Of a stretch of DNA of 64,000 bases, positions 26,645 to 41,439 are shown piece after piece. The stretch is from assembly GCA_951406725.2 (NCBI GenBank), contig OX597816.1, forward strand, positions 52,514,001-52,578,000, given 5' to 3'. The translations under genes were made by a program, and so were the position numbers. Below the pieces are notes generated by a model, which did no database searches, was not told the origin of the DNA, and saw only the letters and a list, made by a program, of their open reading frames with translations. Within the stretch, counting starts at the first letter, position 1; every line of letters begins with the position of its first letter. The stretch comes from Octopus vulgaris (lineage: Eukaryota).

Positions 26645-28424
26645 CGTAGAGCAGATGAAACCTTAGCGACTGAAGAAGGGTTTTTTCGTTGTGTTAACTG
26701 TCCTGTACTCCATTTTTTGTTGTTTTTAAAAAAAAGTCCTGTTCCTTTGGTTTGTGTCTATGTTTTCGTTTCTCTATGTGATTCGACGTCCCTTTGGTGT
26801 CCTATACTCATATATGCGTGTATATGTACATGTAGAGGTAGGTACGTACATATATGTTTATATATATGCATATGTTTTATTTCTTTTATTAATATATATA
26901 TATATATGTATATATATATCACCATCTTTTTACATCCACTGTCTATGCTGGCATCCGTTGGATGGTTCCAGGGTCGACAAGCTGATTTGGCATGGTTTCT
27001 ATGGCCGGATGCCCTTCTTAACGTCAGTTACTCCAAGAATGCAATGGGTGCTTTCACATGCCATCACCATGGATGCCATTTACATGACATCGGTATCTGC
27101 TACAACTGTGATTTTGATCAGCTTGATAAATCTTCTTCTCAAGCACATGCAAGCTTCAGCATTACATATTCTAAAATTGGAATAATACACAAAAGACTAC
27201 GATGGTCCTTGTACAAGGATAACATACAAACTTGTGAAGTGTTTTATATTTTTGACCTCAAGGCAGTGCCCCAGCATGGTCACAGTCTGATGACTGAAAC
27301 AAGATAAAAGATGATGAAAATTGTAGAAATGCTGCTTGACAAAATTATTTTGCAGTATTTGAATCTGTGCCTATGTTCTTTTATGCCCAGAAGACTTTGC
27401 CTTTCTTCTTATCATGGTCAATAAAACTAGTACCACACAAAGTACTGCGGTCAATGCAATCAGCTTAATCACTTGCAGCAGAGCTCCAGCATAGATTCAG
27501 TCTAATGACTGAAAATGCTAAACAAATACTGATTGTAATCAGGCGATGTTTCCTTTTTCTTTTTGTTGCTTTGAAAATTTACCGTCTGTGCATCCAAACA
27601 TGAAGGCTTTCTCTATTTATTCTGGTTGATTGTCATTTCATGTGTAGATATTATTCATGTTTAGATTTAATCAAGCTGGGAGGGTATCAGCGAATAAATG
27701 AATAAAGAATGGATAATGGTGAGGAGGAGAGGAGAGAGTTAGAGAATGTGACGATGGTTAAGCAAGCTTACATTGTAAGATTGAAAGTACTGATATCAGC
27801 ATCTAATTTCTTTGAATCAGTTTCACACTATACCTTGGGTCAAGATGGGATATCTTGCAGCGATATACATTAAATTTTACTATTATATGCATAATCATCA
27901 TGACCATCACCATTTAATGTCTGGTCTGTTTTCCATGCTGGTATGGGTTGCACAGTTTGACTGGAACTGGTAAGCTGCAGACAAACAATTGTCCGTTTTG
28001 GCTTGGTGTCTATGGCTAGCTGCCCTTCTTAATACAAATGGCTCAGGTGCCAGGGGAGGCTGGCAACGGCCATGATCGGTTGATGCTTTTTACGTGCCAC
28101 CAGCATGGAAGCCAGTCAAAGCAGCGCTGGCATCGGACACGTTTGGATGGTGCTTTTTACATGCCACCGGCATGGGTATCACAACTACAATTTCCATTTG
28201 ATTTGTAGAGTGTAGTTGGTATCGTTTACATGTCACCAGCACAGGTGCTTTTTTAAGTGTCACCAGCACAAGTACCTTTCACATGTCACTGACACGAGTG
28301 CCTTTTATGTGTCACTGGCATGACATGTCTTCTCAAGCAAAGCAAATTGCCAGAAGTCTTGGTCATTTGTCATTGCCTCCATGGGATTCAACCACTGAAG
28401 ATCATATTTCATAACCTTGTCTCA

Positions 28425-28660
28425 TTATCATTGTGATTAAATCTTGTTCTGATACACATTATATCTTGCTATGGTAAGCATTATGATTCGCTCTTGTTAT
28501 GATATACATTATAATTAAATCTTGATATGACATACATTATTATTAAATCTTGATATGACATACATTATTATTAAATCAGGCTATGATACACACTATATCT
28601 TTTTTTATCATATACATCATGATTAAATCTTGCAATGATATAAATATATTGCTATGATAT
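28425..28660. repeat. Degenerate minisatellite with a unit of about 30-35 bp (attaaatcttgatatgacatacattatt)
   Basis: About six imperfect tandem units. Confidence 0.75.
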
Positions 28661-28816
28661 TTATGATAGCACAATGATGTGCTATCCAACCCAGGCCAGC
28701 ATGGAAAACAGATGTAAAATAATAATAATAATGATGATGAGGAGGAGGATGATGCATCACATACATGCACACACACACACACACGCAATATATATATATA
28801 TATATATATACACACA

Positions 28817-29052
28817 CTTTATTTAAAAGCAGCAGAAATATAACAAAAGCTGTTACTCAGAGTATCCCGTTCCCGTTTGTCAGACAATTTTGTTAAAATT
28901 TTTTACAAAACTGTCCAACAAACAGGAATGTGAAACTCTGAGTAACAGCTTTTGTTATATTTCTGCTGCTTTTAAATAAAGCATATTATTCTACCTCTGG
29001 TATTTGAGTACTCTTTTTTCCACCTTGTTTCACATTTATGTGCTTACTCTGG
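28817..29052 (+). mobile_element. Second, more decayed copy of the 55051-55345 fold-back family
   Basis: Same arms and tail, with a different fold-back point; in TA context. Confidence 0.75.
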
Positions 29053-29176
29053 TATATATATATCATCAACGTTCGCCTTCCATGCTAGCACTAAGAATGC
29101 AAGGAAAGGGAGCAGTCATTTAGCTCAGTGCCCTTCTACTCAATGGGTACTAATTTTATTTACTATGTATATCTGT

Positions 29177-29660
29177 TATCATCATCATCGTTTAAGGTCC
29201 GTTTTCGATGCTAGCATGGGTTGGATGGTTTGACCAGGGTCTTGGAAGCCAGGTGGCTGTACCAGGCTCCAGTCTGATCTGGCAGTGTTTCTACAGCTGG
29301 ATGCCCATCCTAACACCAACCACTCCATGAGTGTAGTTGGTGCTTTTTACATGCCACCGGCACAGGTGCCAGGGGAGGCTGGAAATGACCACGATTGAAT
29401 GGTGCTTTTTACGTGCCACCGGCACGGAAGCCAGTCAAGGCAGCGCTGGCATCAGCCACGTTCAGATGGTGCTTTTTATGTACCACCGGCATGGGTATCA
29501 CAACTACAATTTCCATTTGATTTTGATTTTGATGTTGATGTACTTGACTCAATGGGTCTCCTCAAGCACAGCAGGTCACCCTACGATCCAAGGTAAGCTC
29601 AGCAGGCCGTCCTGCGATGGATGGGCTGGGGCTGCTATGTAAAGCTGGAGCAGGAAACAC
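29177..29660 (-). mobile_element. RTE 3' UTR-derived repeat
   Basis: Same family; colinear with 42890-43390. Confidence 0.8.
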
Positions 29661-31443
29661 CGTTTTATTTGTTAAGGTGGTAAATTGGAAAAGTTACAAG
29701 TGCTAGTCAAATTTTTTTATGGTTTTGTTCTGGTTCATTACATTCTGAGTTCAAATTTCACAGAAGTCAAATTTGATTTTCTCATGGATAATAAAATAAA
29801 ATACTGGTGAAATGACAAGTGCAACCCTACCTATCATATCTCGGATGCTCTACTGGTTCAAAGGCAGTAGTGTTGAGACCATGCCTTTGTCTGCGGTGCC
29901 AGTACTTCACACTAGACAATATAGGGATTGCCATAAGCTAGAGAGCTGGCAGAATTGTTAGCACACCAGGCAAAATGCTTGGTAGTATTTTGTCTAACTT
30001 TATATTCTGAGTTCAAATTCCATTGTGGTTGACTTTGCTATTCATCCTTTCAGGGTCAATAAAATGAGTACAAGTTGAGTACTGGGGTCAATGAGTACCG
30101 GTTGAGTATTTATCTCCCTCCTCAAAATTACTGGCCTTGTGCCAAAATTTAAAAACAATATAAGGGATTGCCTTGATTGCCTAGGGTGTTACAATCTGGA
30201 GACAAGAATTTATATTGCAGGACTGAGAGAGGTGGAGGGGGCACATATGGAAGGACTGGGCTATAATGTTGACTACCCAAGTACTGGTCCTTTGTGATAA
30301 TCATGACTGTATGGGCACCTAGAACTGTTATGGTACTCGTTGATGCCAAGTAACTGTTGTAAACTCTTTCATCTTTCAGTTTCCATCTGCCAAATCCACT
30401 CACAAGGTTTTGGCTGGCCCAAGATTATAGTAGAAGACACTTTTCCAAGTTATCCTACAGTGGGACAGAACTCGGAACCATATGGTTGGAAAGCAAACTT
30501 CTTACCACACAGCCATACCTGCACCTTATATTCATTTTTTTGACCCAGAAGTATAAATAGTAAAGTTAATCTCAGCAGGGTTTGAACCCAGAATACAAAA
30601 GAAATTAGCTGAATAATCCAAGGAATTTTATTAGACTTCATTCTGAATCTGCTAATCTATAATCACACTTTACGTATCATATAATAAAGAAACACACTTT
30701 ATATAAAGTGCATACATATCATGGATGCAGATTTTCAAATCTATGAACATTGTGAAAAATTTTACAGTACAAAATACATGGTCTGAGAGATTCAACACAT
30801 GCTTTTTCATGTTTTAATCTATACAAACATAGAAAATTATAATGGTGAAGTAACAGAGCAAAATATAGAGTGTCGTATGAATGCATGCATATGTGTGAAT
30901 CAGTGTATATATGCATTTAAAAATGCAAGAATGCATGTTTTTACATAGGAGTGTACACAGATGAATGCATGTTTGTGTGCGTGCACACAGATTTTGTTTA
31001 TATGTTATGTACGTCTATGTATGTACATAGGTACGAGTGTATATATGTACACACCTATACATGTTTGCGTATTTGTATAATATATTTATCCTTAAGAAAC
31101 TGAACTCAATATACGCAGAAAAATAAAAATTGTTACATCAATCTGTATACGCACTTCTGTATATGTATGTATGTATGTATGTATGTATATATATATATAT
31201 ATATATATACATACATACACACATTCATACAAAATATTGGTATATAAATATGTATATGCAGGCATATGCATGTATGCATGCACATATGCTTACAGGCTTT
31301 CTAAAAACAGTTCTAAATATTAATATTCTGACACATGGATACATATGCACGAACATGCATGTTTACATGCATATATACACATACAATTGTACATTCATGT
31401 ACACAAATAAATACAGATACATACATACATATCTATACACACA

Positions 31444-31477
<34 letters not shown>

Positions 31478-31559
31478 TATATATATAGATAGATAGATAG
31501 ATATATATATATAGTAAACATGCTTAAAATGCATAAACAAAAGCATTACATATATATAT

Positions 31560-31606
<47 letters not shown>

Positions 31607-31694
31607 CATACACATGTGCTCACACTGGAACATGTGGTATAGATATATCAATAACTACACAACCACATCTGGATATAGCTATACATAACACACT

Positions 31695-31725
<31 letters not shown>

Positions 31726-32251
31726 CTGTATATTGAATACTGAGAATGCTATTTTTTTTTTCATTTTTGCAATACTTTAATTATGCCTAACTCACTCCAT
31801 AGAGAAACATATTTTCAAAGTTCATCCTATATGAAAATGATAAAGATAGAAAACCATAAATAAATCACTAACCACATGCGCATTCTACCATCACCACCAC
31901 CACTACCACCACCACCACCACCACCACTAACATCGTTTTTAGGGAAAAACTTTATTTCTTATTAGCATTAACACTAACATCTTCTTGCCTGCAGTGTTAG
32001 TCAATGAGGAAGCCAATGATGGATTATTCATGAGCTCTTGGGAAAGAAGGTGGAGGGGGCATCAGCGTCGGTGGTAGTGGTGGTGGTGGCGATGGTGGCG
32101 GTGGTGGTAATGGATGCAGGAGAAAGCATTTTGTATGGATTTCTGAACCAAAGCATTTGATCTAGTTTACGTAGCAGGTAATCACATCTATGAGACGATA
32201 AGAAATCTGTAGAAAACTACTTGATTAATAGTTAAAGAGTTATATACATAG

Positions 32252-32256
<5 letters not shown>

Positions 32257-32305
<49 letters not shown>

Positions 32306-32330
32306 TAAGAAAGAGAGAGGGATAGAAAGA
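32257..32330. repeat. (GA)n microsatellite
   Basis: Direct inspection. Confidence 0.9.
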
Positions 32331-32924
32331 AAAATAGAGAAAGGGAGGAACAGAGACAAAGTAGTTGCCATGGTAATATTAGCAAGAAATTATAATACAA
32401 AATTATATAAAGTCTATTGTAAGATTTTGTGAATAGAAATGTTAAATTTCAAACTTTTATATCTATGTATGTCAAATATATCATTATTGTCATTATTTAC
32501 CTCCACTTCCTTCCCATCATCACCAGCATCATCATTGAGGATAATGGTAGGATGAGAAAGAGAATGATGACAAAACTTTTCTATGCTCACATGGATCAGG
32601 TGGAATTTGCTTTGGCAGATAATCTACAGATGGATTAGCTATTTTGTTACCAACTCTCATCTGGTCTCCAGCAAGGTAATATTTCTCCATTGATGAACAG
32701 GTTTCCATGGAAAACAGGAAATGCTGGACAAACCACTTGTAGGATGGTGGCACACATAACTAACTTGTGATGTCAAGATAAGAAGACAAAAAAAAACATG
32801 CATACATATAGACACACACATGTATGCATACACACACAATCACACACACAGATAATATACATAAATATAGATATTGTAATTATTTGTCAGATCCAATAGA
32901 ATTGTGTGAAAAATCCTAAATTTC

Positions 32925-33312
32925 TCTTTTACTTGTTTCAGTCATTTGACTGCGGCCATGCTGGAGCTCCGCCTTTAATCGAGCAACTCGATCCCGGGAC
33001 TTATTCTTTGTAAGCCCAGTACTTATTCTATCGGTCTCTTTTTGCCAAACCGCTAAGTGACGGGGACATAAACACACCAGCATCGGTTGTCAAGCAATGC
33101 TAGGGGGACAAACACAGACACACATACATATATATATATACTTATATCCAACAGGCTTCTTTCAGTTTCCGTCTACCAAATCTACTCACAAGACATTGAT
33201 CGGCCTGAGGCCATAGCAGAAGACACTTGCCCAAGATGCCACGCAGTGGGACTGAACCCGGAACCATGTAGTTGGTAAGCAAGCTACTTACAACACAGCC
33301 ACTCTTACACCT
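32925..33312 (-). mobile_element. SINE family B
   Basis: Reverse complement of 33450-33848. Confidence 0.85.
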
Positions 33313-33449
33313 ATGTTAAATTTTATTTTAACTTAAAATCACCAAAAGAAAACAGTTTTTTTTTACATGATGTAATTCATTTGTCCATCAATAAAGAAAC
33401 ATGTCTGAAACAGCTGCACTAAACCTCAGCCCATTTGTGTTTATATATA

Positions 33450-33848
33450 GGCGCAGGAGTGGCTGTGTGGTAAGTAGCTTGCTAACCAACCACATGGTTG
33501 TGGGTTCAGTCGCACTGCGTGGCATCTTGGGCAAGTGTCTTCTGCTATAGCCTCGGGCCGACCAATGCCTTGTGAGCGGATTTGGTAGATGGAAACTGAA
33601 AGAAGCCTGTCGTATATATGTATATATGTGTGTGTGTTTGTGTGTCTGTGTTTGTCCTCCTAGCATTGCTTGACAACTGATGCTGGTGTGTTTACGTCCC
33701 CGTCACTTAGCGGTTCGGCAAAAGAGACCGATAGAATAAGTACTGGGCTTACAAAGAATAAGTCTCGGGGTCGAGTTTGCTCGACTAAAGGCGGTGCTCC
33801 AGCATGGCCACAGTCAAATGACTGAAACAAGTAAAAGAGTAAAAGAGT
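33450..33848 (+). mobile_element. tRNA-derived SINE with CORE-like domain (family B), representative full copy
   Basis: Head ggcgcaggagtggctgtgtggtaag with box B ggttcagtc, CORE-like cttgggcaagtgtctt, internal TA/TG tract, tail gactgaaacaagtaaaagag. Further copies or partials at 7768-7900, 18415-19020, 20400-20580, 21470-21880, 30370-30520 and 35890-36270. Confidence 0.85.
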
Positions 33849-33855
33849 ATATATA

Positions 33856-34522
33856 TGTAACGGTTTTAATTTGTAACGGTGGATATTGTTATGAATTATC
33901 GGAGACAACAGTTGTATGTTGTAAGATGGGAAATAAAGTTTTAAGGAAATGATTTATTTTACCGTTATGTTACAATTACCTTACCTCGACGGGCAGGTTG
34001 ATTATTCCAAAAACATGCGAAAGTAAAGTTTGCTGTGGTAGAAAGTTTTCTTTACATAGTTTTACGTATATGTATAGTTAGTAGTAATCCACAGATAGTG
34101 ATAGAATGATGTTGTAGAACAGAATTAGAGCTAAAGAGAATTGTGTGGCCTGTCTCACAGTTGCTTTCTCCCTCTGACCAAGGTTGGTCAGCCAGACCTC
34201 GCTGAGTCCTCATCCGGCTGGTGACTAACTGATTTTTGCTTGGGATGTGTTTGCTTATATTAAGATCTAGAAGGATAGATATATCATTGAGAACAATAGA
34301 TTTAGTTGGTGGTCTTGTTATCTATTCTAGCTTTAGGTGAAGTGGAAGAGGTTAGAAAGAGTCAAGTAGTGAAGACATTGTTTTGGCCTAGCTAATGGCA
34401 TCTGGAAAATGTAATGACTGGTGTCAGAGAAAAACCATTGTTCCATCATAGGAAAAGTTCTGTAGTAGTGTTGATTTAAATTTGGCTATGTTGGATCGAA
34501 TCTGCTTCATGCATGCAAGATT

Positions 34523-34529
<7 letters not shown>
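33856..34529 (-). mobile_element. Probable solo LTR inserted in (TA)n
   Basis: TGTA...TACA termini flanked by TATA on both sides. On the minus strand a TATA-like box (about 34260) precedes AATAAA (about 33955). No ORF. Confidence 0.65.
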
Positions 34530-34975
<446 letters not shown>

Positions 34976-35608
34976 GGAATTTAGAGACAAAACCTCTATT
35001 TAGCAATTCAATCAATACTGAATGATATTATCTATACAAAACCAAATAGAAAGTAGTTAAATATATTACAAATATTATTCTAAAAATCAAAACACACACA
35101 CACACAACAGGTTTCTTTTAGTTTCCATGATACCAATCCACTCAAAACTCTTTGATCAACACACACCTTGCTATCTCACACTTATTTGGTAGTATATTAT
35201 CTACTGCTACAGGATTTGAACTTGAAACCCTTGAGCTGAGAAGTGGTACATTATGTACTTATTGAAACATTGAAACTTCTCAAAAGATTTCATATAAATA
35301 TATTTTATTCTTTATTGTTTACTTGTTAGAGTTATCAGACTGCAGCTGGGGTACCACTTTGAAGGGTTTTAGCTGAACGAATTGACCTCTGTACTTATCT
35401 TATTAAAGCCTGACACAGATACATGAACATTAACAAACCAACATCAGTTGTCAAGTGGAGGTGGAGGAAAAACACTGACACAAAGACACACACACATGTA
35501 TGTGTATGTATATATATATGTATATATGTGTATGTATATATATATATATATTTTTTATTTTTTATTCTAGATTCAGCTCAGAGCTGCGGCCATGCTGATG
35601 AACCACCG

Positions 35609-35648
<40 letters not shown>

Positions 35649-37759
35649 TCGTTTAAAGCCCGTTTTCCATGCTAGCATGGGTTGGACGGTTCGACCGGGG
35701 TCTGGGAAGCCAGGAGGCTGCACCAGGCTCCAGTCTGATCTGGCAGTGGTTCTACAGCTGGATGCCCTTTCTAACGCCAACCACTCCGTGAATGTTGTGG
35801 GTGCTTTTTACGTGCCACTGGTACAGGTGCCAAGGGAGGCTGGCAGTGGCCACGATCAGTTGGTGGTTTTTACATGCCACCAGTACACTCTTTTACACAT
35901 TCCAGTCACTTGACTGCAGTCATGCCAGAGCACCACCTTTAGTCAAAGAAATCGACCTAGTACTTATTCTATTGGTCACTTTAGCTGAACTGCTAAGTTT
36001 CAGGAATATAAACACGCCAACATCAGTTGTCAAGTGATGGTGTGGGGACAAACACAGACACACACATAGATATGTATACATATATATATATATATATATA
36101 CACACAATGGGTTTCTTTCAATTTCCATCTATCAAATCCACTCACAAGGCTTTGGTTGGCCTGTGGATATAGTAGAAGATACTTGCCCAAGGCGTCATGC
36201 AGTGGGACTGAACCTGGAACCATGTGGTTGGCAACCAAACTTGTTACTACACAGCCACACAGGCACCTATAAAAGCACCATCCGATCGTGGCCATTTGCC
36301 AGCCTCGTCTGGCATGTAAAAAGCACCCACCACACTCACGGAGTGGTTGGCGTTAGGAAGGGCATCCACCTGTAGAAACATTGCCAGATCAGACTGGGCC
36401 TGGTGCAGCCTTCTGGCATCCCAGCCCTCAGTTGAACCGTCCAACCCATGCTAGCATGGCAAGCGGATGCTAAACGATGATGATGATGATGATGATGATG
36501 ACAGGATTCTTTCAGTCTCCATCCACCGAATCCACTCACAAGGCTTCAGTTGGTCCAAAGATATATAAGAAGACACTTGACAAAGTTGCTATGCATTAGA
36601 ACTGAACCTGGGACAATGCCCTTTTCATTTTTAGTAGTCTGTGGGAGACGATCGCATTCATGATCACGTTCAGAGACACGACAAAATTGGTGGAAGGGGA
36701 AAAGGGCTGGGTCAGATATTTTCATCAGAAAAAATTTAATCTGTTTTGGGCACCAAAGAATCATGTGGGTGTAAAAATAGAGAGATGAATTAAGTCTGTT
36801 ACCTATGAACAGACACAGTTTCATCCAATGCTTTTCTGCACATTCTTTAAACTCAGTTTTACTTGCAATCATCATTATCTTCATTTAATGTCTGTCTTCA
36901 GTGCTGGCATAGGTTACATGGTTTGTCTGGATCCAGTAAGCCAGAGAGCTGCACCAAGCTCCTGTTATCTGTTTTGGCTTCGTTTTTACAGCTGGATGCT
37001 CTTCCTAATGCCAACCACTTTACAGAGTGCACTGGGTGTCTTTTACGTGTCACTGGCACGGGTGCCCTTCCACATGTCACTGGCATGGGTGCCTTTTCTG
37101 AGTCACTGACAAGGGTCCCCTTTTACATGCCACCAGCATGATTACCTTTTATGAGTCACTGGTATGGACACCTTGTAGATGTCACCATCTGAAGCAATGA
37201 TAAAAGACAGGTTCTCAAAGTGGTGAGCGGTGGGATTGAACTTATAAAATGCGATTGTTAAACGAACTTCTGAAGCACAACTCCAAGTCTGTTTAATGGA
37301 AGTTAGAAGGTTTTTCATTTTTTCTTTTTTTCTTTTCTTTTTCTCCTTATCACCCAAGCTGGCACTTCGATTCCAGGTATTCTGACATTTACATTATGTA
37401 ATATTCATTCAAGGAAATGATTCAAATAAATCATAAGGAAGATGTGCAGGAAATATGGTTAAAGGAAATGTCAACAGAAGTATTGTAGTAATAATGATTA
37501 AACATCAATTAAATAATTAAATGATATTCTGCAAATGAGTATTAAATCTTTAAAGAAAACAAAGCAACAAATGTTACAAACATCAGAATTGAGACAAAAA
37601 TAAGGAAGACTAGGAAATAAGTGATATATCAGATATAATTAAGCACAGAAATGGATATATATGCTGTTGCTGGTGTCATTTAACCTTATGTCAAGCAGAC
37701 CAATAATCAAAGCAACTCTAAATGTGATTATTTTGTGTTTTTGTATCTTTTATCTTTTC

Positions 37760-38163
37760 TTTTATCTTTTACTTGTTTCAGTCATTTGACTGCGGCCATG
37801 CTGGAGCACCGCCTTTAGTCGAGCAAATCGACCCCAGGACTTATTCTTTGTAAGCCCAGTACTTATTCTATCGGTCTCTTTTGCCGAACTGCTAAGTGAC
37901 GGGGACGTAAACACACCAGCATCGGTTGTCAAGCAATGCTAGGGGGACAATCACACAAACACACACACATACACACACACACATATATATATGCATATAT
38001 ACGACAGGCTTCTTTCAGTTTCCGTCTACCAAATCCACTCACAAGGCATTGGTCGGCCCGGGGCTATAGCAGAAGACACTTGCCCAAGATGCCACGCAGT
38101 GGGACTGAACCCGGAGCCATGTGGTTGGTTAGCAAGCTACTTACCACACAGCCACTCCTGCGC
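37760..38163 (-). mobile_element. SINE family B
   Basis: Colinear, reverse orientation. Confidence 0.85.
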
Positions 38164-40244
38164 TGTATGTCGATGACTGCTTAATTAATGTTGCTTCTTT
38201 TTTTTTTAAAGCAGGAGGGATTGGCTTCAAGGATATTTGGCTGTTATTTTTAGCATGTAGAACATTTGTGTGCATATATAAATATATATATATATTGAAT
38301 ACTTACGTGCATGTGTGTGTGTAAAAGTTATATATAGTTGAATGAATGAACACTCACACAGGGAAAAAAATAACTTGTCTGTAGGAGAGAAACTCATCTG
38401 TTCATATGTATCAATAGAACCTAATTACACAATGGCAATATTGAGTCATATATATATATATAATTGTATATGAGTGTGTGTATCATTGGTAATATCATTT
38501 GATTGTCCATGTGCCATGTTGGTATATGCTAGACAGTTTGTTAAGATCTTACACGTCCAAAGACTGCATCATTCTCCGTTGTCTATTTTAGCATAGCTTA
38601 TATGACTGGCTGGCCTTCCTAACAACACCTACTTTACAGAATATACTGGGAGCTTGTTTTGTGCCACTAACACTAGCAAGGTTGCCATCCAGCATGCAAA
38701 ACTATGAACCTTGATAGAGAGAGAGAGTTGGCTTTATGATAAGAAATGAGGTGGGTTAAAGTATAAGGGAAGGACCAAAACAAAACAAGTTTCTTGTTGA
38801 AGAGGAGCTACATGGTTACTCACATTTTAGAAAAGAGAGTGGGACATAATTGGGGTGGAGGTCAGAAGAGATAAAATTAGTGGTGCTGATAGTATCTAAC
38901 TGGACTCTTAATAAATGAGGTGAGTTGAAGTGAGTGGGGGCAGAGATTTGCAACTAGATGGCTTCAGGTTTGATCCCATTGTGCTGTATGTACCTGTGTC
39001 AAATATTTCCTATGACAAGATTGGGATGAACAATGTTTTGAGAGTGGAATTTGATAGGCAGATAGACCATTTGTGTTCTTGAAAAGTGGCCCTTATCAGT
39101 CACAAAGTTTAACACCACCACCTAGTTCTTGGTTTCCTTTAGCAAAGTCCACATTTTTGCAAATTCTCCAATCAGGAAATGACTTCTTCCTTTCCTTCAA
39201 ACAGTTTGGGAGGCTATGAAAAATGTCCTGGGTATTGCTCTTCCTACTCTGACCAAGTCATGTATAGAAATAGAATAGATCTACTACACCAAGCTGATTG
39301 GAAAAGGGAATTAATAACACTCCATTCACATTACACATAGATTGATATAGTGTTTCAATTTTACTGAAGTAATTGAAACACTGTATATCAACTAATAGAA
39401 AAATGCTTCCTGTACAGGCTGAGAAACACATTTTTATACAATGCCTTAAGATGTTCAACAAAAGAAATAGTGTCAAAATGCAAACATCAGAATAAATACA
39501 TCTTCTATATGCAAACTGGATAGAATCCTGCATCGAACTGAACTTGGCATCTACAAAACTCACACTTGACATCAATATCTAACTATAGTAGTAATTTAAT
39601 GAAGCTGCCATATTCAACCATCAATTGGCCAGTCTTCTAATGTACCTCTTCTAAATACACATTAATCAGAATCTGACAGTCATTACAACCACCTGTTGTA
39701 ACATGGTAGTAATCTTCTCTAAACTATTACACATGCACAGGATAAACTGACCAAAAGAAATATGGTAGGCATACAAAGCAAAGCTTTTAAGAGCTATTAA
39801 GAGTCTCCTGTTAGTCACCTTGAAGAATGTATAACAGATTGGGAAAAGTAATGGAATGAAGTTGCAACTTAGATGTATGTGTGTGTATGTGTGTGTGTGT
39901 GTCTGTGTGTGAAAATGGTACATGTTACCAAGACATACCAACTTACAAATGACGACTCTGCATAAATGTGTAAAAATGTGTGTGTATGTGTGCATACACT
40001 TCACGTCACAACTGTATGCTTTGAGGTTCAATACCACTACATGACATCTTGGACGAGTATCTTGTAATACTACATAGGTTTGAGCTGATCAATGTTTTGT
40101 CAGTGAATTTGGTAGACAGAAACTGAGGATCATTGTGTGTGTGTATGTGTGAGTGTGTATGTATGTATGTATGTGAGTGAATTTGCATGTGAATATATTC
40201 CTATTTCTTGTTGACATAATGACCAGTTTCTACTCCTTTAATAT

Positions 40245-40459
40245 TTTACTTGTTTCAGTCATTTGACTGGCCATGCTGGAGCACTGCCTTTAGTCAAGCA
40301 AATTGACTCCAGAACTTATTCTTTGTAAGCCTAGTACTTATTCTATCGGTCTCTTTTGCTGGACTGCTAAGTTATGGGGACATAAACACACCAGCATCAG
40401 TTGTCAAGCGATGTTGGGGGGACAAACACAGACACACAAACATATACACACACATACAT

Positions 40460-40491
<32 letters not shown>

Positions 40492-40648
40492 GATGGGCTT
40501 CTTTTCAGTTTCCGTCTACCAAATCCACTCACAAGGCTTTGGTCAGCCCGAAGCTATAGCAGAAGACACTTGCCCAAGGTGTCACGCAGTGGGAATGAAC
40601 CCAGAACCATGTGGTTGGTAAGCAAGCTACTTACCACACAGCCACTCT
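40245..40648 (-). mobile_element. SINE family B
   Basis: Colinear, reverse orientation. Confidence 0.85.
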
Positions 40649-41006
40649 GAATTTTCAAATGAAAGATATCATGCTTCAAAACCAGGTACAGGTTGGTGAC
40701 AGTGAGAGCATCTGCCATAAAACCCTGCCTCAAATACATCACAGTTTAACCCATGCTAGCATGAAAATCGAACATTAAACAAATGAGAATATATATGTAG
40801 GTATGTGTACATATATGTGTGTGTACTGAGAAATCTTAAATAATATCAAAATATACAATATAAGAATCACATTAATATCTGTATACAGTAATTCCTCGAA
40901 TATTGCAGGTTTTACATTCCAAAAGCCCCTATGATAGGTGAAAATCTACGAAGTAGAAACAGTAATGTACCGTATATATTTTTTCATTATAATTTTTATA
41001 TATTCT

Positions 41007-41370
41007 ATTTCGTTTTTGGATTTGGTTTGCAAGATTCTTTATATAAGTTTGTGTGTTGAAGTATATTCTGTTGTGTCTGGGGAGAGACATTTTCTCTTTG
41101 TGTCTTATAATGTAACACACTCACCGGTAAAATTTCCACTTATTTCTTATTTTTATTTTCCTAAAATTTCCATTGCGTCTTGCAACCTTTTCAATAGTCT
41201 TGACTTTCAATAATCTTAACTCTCAAGAGAGTCAAGACTATTGAAAAGGTTGCAAGACGCAATGAAAATTTTAGGAAAATGAAAATAAGAAATAAGTAGA
41301 ATTTTTACCGGTGAGTGTGTTACATTATAAGACACAAAAAGAAAATGACTCTCCCCAGACACAACAGAAT
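41007..41370 (-). mobile_element. Fold-back element (fourth family)
   Basis: Inverted arms of about 140 bp (41067-41205 / 41230-41370); second copy at 59072-59380. Confidence 0.75.
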
Positions 41371-41439
41371 TCTATATATTCATTTTTATTATAAATGCAA
41401 GACAACACCTTGGAGGGATCAATGTAAGCTGAAATAATG

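Noticed and set aside
26717-27307. 196-aa ORF
   Set aside because: Spans a repeat tail, a TA tract and an RTE-UTR fragment; low complexity with no domain.
31885-32200. Poly-Pro/Thr-like frame and a possible alternative first exon (MNNPSLASS...)
   Set aside because: Derives from (CCA)n/(GGT)n repeats. Frames stop quickly and the available donors are not phase 0 as the next exon requires.
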